Virus record (IMG/VR): IMGVR_UViG_3300032234_000538
Location: 1 to 48,719 of that record
Source of the DNA: a virus
Lineage: Duplodnaviria > Caudoviricetes
Length of the DNA: 48,719 bases
Reading direction: 5' to 3' (one strand)
The stretch's first letter is position 1. The number at the start of each line of letters is the position of its first letter. The position numbers and the translations under genes were made by a program. Under the pieces are notes generated by a model. That model was not told the origin of the DNA. It saw only the letters and a list, made by a program, of their open reading frames with translations, and searched no databases. Below are positions 44,041 through 48,719 of this stretch, one piece after another.

Positions 44041-44985
44041 ATGGAAAAACACGAAAACATCCGCGTCACCATATCTGACGCCGAGAAATACCACGGCGCC
44101 GATGTGGTAATCAAAGACGCAGTCGCGATCGAGCCCGGGCTCTACCGGGCAGACGAAGGCCTGAATCAGAGCTTCATCAAAAAGGCTCTCGACCATGGCA
44201 TGCACACGGCTCGCAAGATGGTCGATGAACAGGAGGAGCCGACCGATGACATGCTCATCGGAAGCGTCTTCCACGCGATCATGAGCGGCAAGCAGGAGTT
44301 GGTAGACTCCTTCATCAAGGTGCCGAAGCTCGACAGGAGGACCAAGGACGGCAAGGCCGCATATGAGTCCATGATGTCTCTGGCCCGCGAGAACGGCAAG
44401 ACCATGGTGCAGGAGCACCTGTGGGACATGGCCGAAGGCCTGACGTCGGGAGCCAAGCGAGTGGTCGAGGCTTCGATCGAACTGAAGTCCGGTAAGATGA
44501 TTACCGAAGTCCCTCTCAAGGGCATGGCTGAGGCCAAGTTCCGCATGCCCGATGAGTATAGCGGGTATTGGGCTCCCGATGACAAGCAGGGCTGGAACCA
44601 TGAGGTCAGCATCAAGAAAATCGTGAAGGGCCAGCTTGATGCCATCTTCGTGCCTGATGATCAGAAGCTGCCGATCATCGTCATCGATTACAAGACGGCT
44701 CCCTCATCGACGACCGGCAAGGTCATCAAGAAGTCGCGCGACGACATGTGGAGGCTTCAAGGAGCCTTGTATGCCGGCCTAGCTTCGTCCTACTACAACA
44801 GGCCTGCCATGGTCATGTATGTGGTCGTCGGCAAGGACACCGGCTCTCCGCGCGCGTATCTGTTCGGCGAGAAGTCGCTGTTGGATGGGCGTAGCATGCT
44901 CGCCAATGGCATCATCCGTATCGCGTCTCAGTCCGTCCATAAGGACATGACCGATGACGAATACTTCGGCATCACCGTGATCTGA
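44041..44985 (+). CDS. RecE / exonuclease VIII-like PD-(D/E)XK nuclease (DUF3799-like)
   Basis: GLNQSFIK, MLIGSVFHA, DRRTKDGK, KGQLD...IDYKT and LQGALY. Confidence 0.85.
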   Translation: MEKHENIRVTISDAEKYHGADVVIKDAVAIEPGLYRADEGLNQSFIKKALDHGMHTARKMVDEQEEPTDDMLIGSVFHAIMSGKQELVDSFIKVPKLDRRTKDGKAAYESMMSLARENGKTMVQEHLWDMAEGLTSGAKRVVEASIELKSGKMITEVPLKGMAEAKFRMPDEYSGYWAPDDKQGWNHEVSIKKIVKGQLDAIFVPDDQKLPIIVIDYKTAPSSTTGKVIKKSRDDMWRLQGALYAGLASSYYNRPAMVMYVVVGKDTGSPRAYLFGEKSLLDGRSMLANGIIRIASQSVHKDMTDDEYFGITVI

Positions 44986-44986
44986 T

Positions 44987-45214
44987 ATGTCCGACGCACA
45001 CATCAACCGCCTTGGCTTCGACGCTTGGGCTGACAGTAAGCTCGTCGACGCCATCGAGAACACGCCCTTCATCATGCAGGGCGAAGGCAACATCACCTAC
45101 GAACATGAGGACGTCACCATCAGGCTGGATTGGAAGCCTGATGGCTATGTCGCCAGCATCCGGGCGCACACGTCCGAAGGCTGGAAGGAGCGCTCAACCA
45201 GCCATAAGCGATGA
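44987..45214 (+). CDS. Hypothetical protein
   Basis: 75 aa, coupled to neighbours. Confidence 0.65.
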   Translation: MSDAHINRLGFDAWADSKLVDAIENTPFIMQGEGNITYEHEDVTIRLDWKPDGYVASIRAHTSEGWKERSTSHKR

Positions 45215-45870
45215 GCGACCTTCCATTCAAGGGCGTGTGGATACCCGCGCAGGTATTCAGCAACACCAACATCAGCACCAACGCCAAGCTGCTGTGGTCG
45301 ATCGTCCACATCCTCAGCAATGAGCGTGGCTGCTTCGCGTCCAGAGCCACGCTTGGCTCATACCTCAACTGCACGGACCGGAACATCCAGATGCTCATCC
45401 ATGAGCTCATTCAGGCCGGCCTGATCAGGCGTGATGAGAAGGGCGTCCTTTGGGACGTCGTGACCTTGGCCTTCGACACGGGTGAAGAAAACTTCACCCC
45501 TAGGGTGAAAGATTCTTCGCCTGACCCCCGAAAGATTCTTCACCCTATAGATACAAGGGATAATAACGATAAGACTAAGATACAGGCGCAGGAGGAATAT
45601 GAGGCCATTATCAAGACTTGGCCTAAGGACCTGTGGAATGCTTGGTCTGATTATGTAGGCCTCAGGAAACAGCGCAAATGGACCACCAGCCTGCCTTGGC
45701 AGCTGAAGCAGGCCAAATACCTGTCTGGCTTCGATCCTAAGGCGGCCATCGACGCTCTTGAGGTATCCGGCCGCAACGAGTGGCAATCCATCCATGTGAA
45801 GGCAACCAGCGTGGCCTACCGGGCATCCAAGCCCGCGCACACCGACGCTGACCACTCCAAAGGCTTCTGA
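45211..45870 (+). CDS. Replication initiator / replisome organiser (N-terminal wHTH)
   Basis: FKGVWIP...GCFASRATLG...LIQAGLI N-terminus. Lies upstream of a DnaC-like ATPase. Confidence 0.75.
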   Translation: MSDLPFKGVWIPAQVFSNTNISTNAKLLWSIVHILSNERGCFASRATLGSYLNCTDRNIQMLIHELIQAGLIRRDEKGVLWDVVTLAFDTGEENFTPRVKDSSPDPRKILHPIDTRDNNDKTKIQAQEEYEAIIKTWPKDLWNAWSDYVGLRKQRKWTTSLPWQLKQAKYLSGFDPKAAIDALEVSGRNEWQSIHVKATSVAYRASKPAHTDADHSKGF

Positions 45871-45873
45871 CCC

Positions 45874-46041
45874 ATGAAACAGATCCACCAAACCAAATAC
45901 TACGTCCTGCCTGATGGCTCCGTGGTCAGGCCCCTGAAGCCTAGGCTCAAGGGCAACATCAAGTATTGGAACTTGCTCATCAACGGCAAGCTGAAGGCAT
46001 TCAGCCAGAAGACGCTCATCAAGATGCACGAAGAGAAATGA
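45874..46041 (+). CDS. Small basic hypothetical protein (55 aa)
   Basis: Not in the ORF track. MKQIHQTKYYVLPDGSVVRPLKP... with ATGA overlap into the next gene. Confidence 0.65.
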   Translation: MKQIHQTKYYVLPDGSVVRPLKPRLKGNIKYWNLLINGKLKAFSQKTLIKMHEEK

Positions 46042-46748
46042 GCGACCACTTCTGCCAGCATTGCGGTGGCCCAATCAAGCTCTACTCCATGGAGCTTGCT
46101 GGCCGCATCATCCACATGCCTCCTGCCAAGTATTGCATCAAGGATGCATGCGTGGCTGTGGCAGAGGCCGAGAGGGCCAAGGAGTTTCACGTCCACGTCC
46201 CGTCCAACACAGATGGTTGCCCGGAGCTGTTCAAGGATACTGATCCAAACCGACTGCCTGCCGTCCTGTCCGCGCTTGCGCTGACATGGCACCCGGAGGC
46301 CCAGAAGAAGTCCCTTCTGATCCATGGCACGACACGCAAGGGCAAGACCCGGTGCATGTGGTTCATCCGCAACCGCCTTAAGGGCCTAGGCGTGAACATG
46401 AAGGTCATGAGCATGTTTGAGCTCGAGGCCGACATGGCCGCGGCTTGGGGCAAGGACAGGTGGGACAAGACCATGCACGGCCTTATGGAGGTTGAGGTGC
46501 TGGGCCTTGATGACTTGGGCAAGGAGAAGATGACCGAACGCATGGCCTCCGTGCTGTTCGCTATCATTGACCAGCGAGCCCAGCACAAGCGACCAACAGT
46601 CATTACGACCAATCACACGGGCCTGAGCTTGGCTGAACGCTTCCACGACAAGGAGGTGGGCAACGCCCTGCTTGCCCGCCTGAAGGATAAGGACCTGTTC
46701 AATGTCGTAGGCGTCGCGCCGGGCAACGAGACGCCCGAGATGCTATGA
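46038..46748 (+). CDS. DnaC/IstB-like AAA+ ATPase (helicase loader)
   Basis: CQHC Zn motif, Walker A GTTRKGKT, Walker B LGLDDLGKE and RPTVITTN. Start at ATG 46038. Confidence 0.88.
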   Translation: MSDHFCQHCGGPIKLYSMELAGRIIHMPPAKYCIKDACVAVAEAERAKEFHVHVPSNTDGCPELFKDTDPNRLPAVLSALALTWHPEAQKKSLLIHGTTRKGKTRCMWFIRNRLKGLGVNMKVMSMFELEADMAAAWGKDRWDKTMHGLMEVEVLGLDDLGKEKMTERMASVLFAIIDQRAQHKRPTVITTNHTGLSLAERFHDKEVGNALLARLKDKDLFNVVGVAPGNETPEML

Positions 46749-47296
46749 GCCACGACGACGACACCTGCCCGCACCTTGTCGTGCTGGGCCGACTGGAAGC
46801 CGAGAACGCACGCCTAGCGAACGATCTTAATAACAGCCGCATCGCACTTCGTGTTAAGTATGATGAGAACGCCCGCCTCAAGGCCGAGGTCGAGCGTCTC
46901 AACTCCGAGTTGCACACCTGTTCCTGTGCGAACGCAAACATGCACAAATACAAGGAAGAGAACGCCCGCCTCAAGGCCGAGGTCGAGTTGTGTAAACTTC
47001 GTTCTGATAACTGGCAGAAGTTTTGCCAACTAACTCGACCAGAAATGACTGACGAACTCAATCGCCTCAAGGCCGAGGTCGAGCGGCTGAAAGAGGGCAA
47101 CGAGTGCCTTGACCAGATGCACGAAAAGGAAATGGCAAGGTCGGCTTTCCTGTGCGGACAGGTCGAGCGTCTGACCAAGGCCGTGATGCACTCCCCTGCG
47201 GCTCAACTCAAACTCAAGGAACTTGAAGGCAAGACCACCTACGAAGAAATCAACGGCAAGATTCCTCCCTGCATCGACAGGTATGAAGCCAAATGA
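46745..47296 (+). CDS. Coiled-coil protein with ENARLKAEVE repeats
   Basis: 183 aa with ATGA overlaps on both sides and internal repeats. Confidence 0.7.
   Translation: MSHDDDTCPHLVVLGRLEAENARLANDLNNSRIALRVKYDENARLKAEVERLNSELHTCSCANANMHKYKEENARLKAEVELCKLRSDNWQKFCQLTRPEMTDELNRLKAEVERLKEGNECLDQMHEKEMARSAFLCGQVERLTKAVMHSPAAQLKLKELEGKTTYEEINGKIPPCIDRYEAK
46802..47180 (+). repeat. Interspersed direct repeats GAGAACGCCCGCCTCAAGGCCGAGGTCGAG
   Basis: Exact 30-bp copies at 46865-46894 and 46958-46987. Partial copies near 46802, at 47063-47085 and from 47161. Confidence 0.9.
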
Positions 47297-47448
47297 GCCA
47301 GAAGCGCAGGCCCGAGATCATGAAGCCCGGGCTCAAGCTGCTCACGCCGCTCGAGAAGATTAAGGTAAGCGAAACACATAAAACCGACCTCGAAAGATGG
47401 AAGGCCTTGTTTCATTCTGATCGGAACAGGTGGAGGCTGATTAAATGA
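47293..47448 (+). CDS. Small hypothetical protein (51 aa)
   Basis: Not in the ORF track. MSQKRRPEIMKPGLKLLTPLEK... with ATGA overlaps on both sides. Confidence 0.6.
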   Translation: MSQKRRPEIMKPGLKLLTPLEKIKVSETHKTDLERWKALFHSDRNRWRLIK

Positions 47449-47867
47449 GGTGGCTGTTGCTCATGCTTGGCATACTCGCCAAAGCGGATCAGCTCGACGT
47501 CGTGCGCGAGCTCGAGACGGGCATCGTCAAGGATGCCGACGAATACCTGCACACATACAGGGGCATGATAATAGCTCGCGGTGCGTATGGACTTTCCAAG
47601 GACGCGTGGAGCGAAGTATCTGATCGCCCGTGGACCGACGCTCATTACCCGGAGCCCGCTCGACGTGCCTGTGCGTTGTATCTAGAACTTACATACATAC
47701 GATTGAAGGCTAAGCTCAACAGGGAGCCGACGTTTGCCGACGTCTATGCTGGATACCGCTTCGGAGTGTCTGGATACGTCAAAATGGGGGGTCGGATCTG
47801 GTGCACGCCGGTCAATTTCCAGAAAAAGATGGAAAAGTATCACGTTAAATACCAACGACTTAGGTAA
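47445..47867 (+). CDS. Lysozyme-like / lytic transglycosylase-like protein with signal peptide
   Basis: MRWLLLMLGILAKA signal-like N-terminus, VRELETG (candidate catalytic Glu), ARGAYGL and YAGYRFG resemble SLT motifs I-III. Confidence 0.6.
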   Translation: MRWLLLMLGILAKADQLDVVRELETGIVKDADEYLHTYRGMIIARGAYGLSKDAWSEVSDRPWTDAHYPEPARRACALYLELTYIRLKAKLNREPTFADVYAGYRFGVSGYVKMGGRIWCTPVNFQKKMEKYHVKYQRLR

Positions 47868-47982
47868 ATCTTGGCAGATAGTGTTAAATTGGTGTTGCAC
47901 ATCAGATAACACTTACCATGTTACTTCTTATCGGTCGCACACAGCACCGGTCTCGTTCATTAACAACAACCCAATAAGCACA

Positions 47983-48219
47983 ATGTCGTTTATCGACCAC
48001 AAGGCCAAGACCACCAAGGCCGAGATTGATGCCCTCCTCGCGGAGCTGGAAAACCCGAGCATCGCGCTCCTCAACAAGCGCGTCCTCGAACTCGACCAGA
48101 TCAGCGACGCAGGTGATATCGTCCGGATTCACAATGGTATCGTCAAGGCCGTCGAAGACCTTAATGCTCGCGTCTCTCGCATCGAGTCCCAACTCGGCCT
48201 GAACACGATCACCAAGTAA
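47983..48219 (+). CDS. Small coiled-coil hypothetical protein (78 aa)
   Basis: Likely ATG at 47983 after an A/C-rich leader. Ends LNARVSRIESQLGL. Confidence 0.7.
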   Translation: MSFIDHKAKTTKAEIDALLAELENPSIALLNKRVLELDQISDAGDIVRIHNGIVKAVEDLNARVSRIESQLGLNTITK

Positions 48220-48228
48220 TCGATCATC

Positions 48229-48251
48229 GCCCCCGAAAGGGGGTTCTCTTT
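48229..48251 (+). terminator. Terminator-like hairpin
   Basis: GCCCCC-GAAA-GGGGGT followed by TCTCTTT. Confidence 0.6.
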
Positions 48252-48252
48252 C

Positions 48253-48327
48253 GGCGAGTTAGCAAAGTAGTTATGCCCCGGCCTGCAAAGCCGTTTAACG
48301 TGGGTGCAAATCCCACACTCGCCTCCA
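48253..48327 (+). tRNA. tRNA-Cys (GCA) with non-canonical elbow
   Basis: Acceptor GGCGAGT/ACTCGCC, U73, encoded CCA, anticodon loop CTGCAAA and T arm GTGGG-TGCAAAT-CCCAC. Confidence 0.85.
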
Positions 48328-48347
48328 CTTTCCACCACACCACACCA

Positions 48348-48677
48348 ATGCAAGTATCAGCCAAACTATACACCGCCCGAGTCTATTGGGCGGCCCTAAA
48401 GTCCCACCAGATCGAAAACTTCTTCGATCGCGCCCAGCTCCTGCGGTTCGTCGCTTTCTTCGAGAAGCACCCGCCTCACGACGGCAAGCCGTTGTTCGAC
48501 ATGGAAGTTTACGAGTCCGACGTTCATTACTTCACCGCCGCCGAAAGCTGGCATGTGATGAGCCCCAAGGAACTCGACATGAACCTCCTTCGCGCTGAAG
48601 CTCGGGAGTTTGAAAAGCCGGCCATCGTCCCCGACGATACGCTTGAACTCAAGCCCGGCGAAGATATCACCAAATGA
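48348..48677 (+). CDS. Hypothetical protein
   Basis: Likely start is ATG 48348, because the track start at 48273 lies inside tRNA-Cys. Confidence 0.7.
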   Translation: MQVSAKLYTARVYWAALKSHQIENFFDRAQLLRFVAFFEKHPPHDGKPLFDMEVYESDVHYFTAAESWHVMSPKELDMNLLRAEAREFEKPAIVPDDTLELKPGEDITK

Positions 48678-48719
48678 GCAAGCCCAAGATCTACAGCATC
48701 AAACGTCAGTTCGTCACCC
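48597..48719. repeat. Terminal direct repeat, right copy
   Basis: Identical to 1-123. Confidence 0.97.

Noticed and set aside
46802-47180. CRISPR mini-array
   Set aside because: The repeats are non-palindromic, in frame within a coupled CDS, the spacers are about 60 bp and uneven, and there are no cas genes. Kept as a coding repeat finding.
48273-48347. N-terminal extension of the 48273-48677 ORF
   Set aside because: It overlaps tRNA-Cys. ATG 48348 follows the shared C/A-rich leader.
1-48719. Stop-codon reassignment, diversity-generating retroelement, introns or inteins
   Set aside because: Genes tile the genome under the standard code and there is no suppressor anticodon. I recognised no reverse transcriptase, template/variable repeat pair or split core gene.

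Overview
The window is a complete, circularly permuted genome of a tailed dsDNA phage. Unit length is about 48,596 bp: bases 1-123 are repeated exactly at 48597-48719. The gene content is podovirus-like. The minus-strand late arm runs from about 41427 to 1780 and holds RusA, terminase large subunit, portal, scaffold, SU10/DUF5309-type major capsid, adaptor, collagen tail fibre, tail nozzle, several probable ejected proteins, a giant 6459-aa polyvalent protein (about 40% of the genome) and holin/spanin-like lysis genes. The plus-strand early arm runs from about 42813 across the join to 1610 and holds RecE-like exonuclease, replication initiator, DnaC-like ATPase, ERF recombinase, ribbon-helix-helix regulators and a secreted lytic transglycosylase-like protein. 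I read four tRNA genes by eye (Arg-CCT, Gly-TCC, CAT probably Ile2, Cys-GCA). I could not recognise an integrase, DNA polymerase, helicase or tape-measure gene. The most interesting items are: (1) the giant protein has two HEXXH protease motifs and is punctuated by a recurring linker motif, suggesting a self-processed polyprotein; (2) three of the tRNAs match codons (AGG, GGA, ATA) that appear frequent in late genes and scarce in early genes; (3) the tRNA-Gly has a non-glycine acceptor stem; (4) one CDS holds an in-frame repeat/spacer array; (5) a symmetric divergent promoter has each gene's start forming the -35 box of the other; (6) two candidate structured RNAs. All protein calls rest on motif recognition and gene order, not on database searches.
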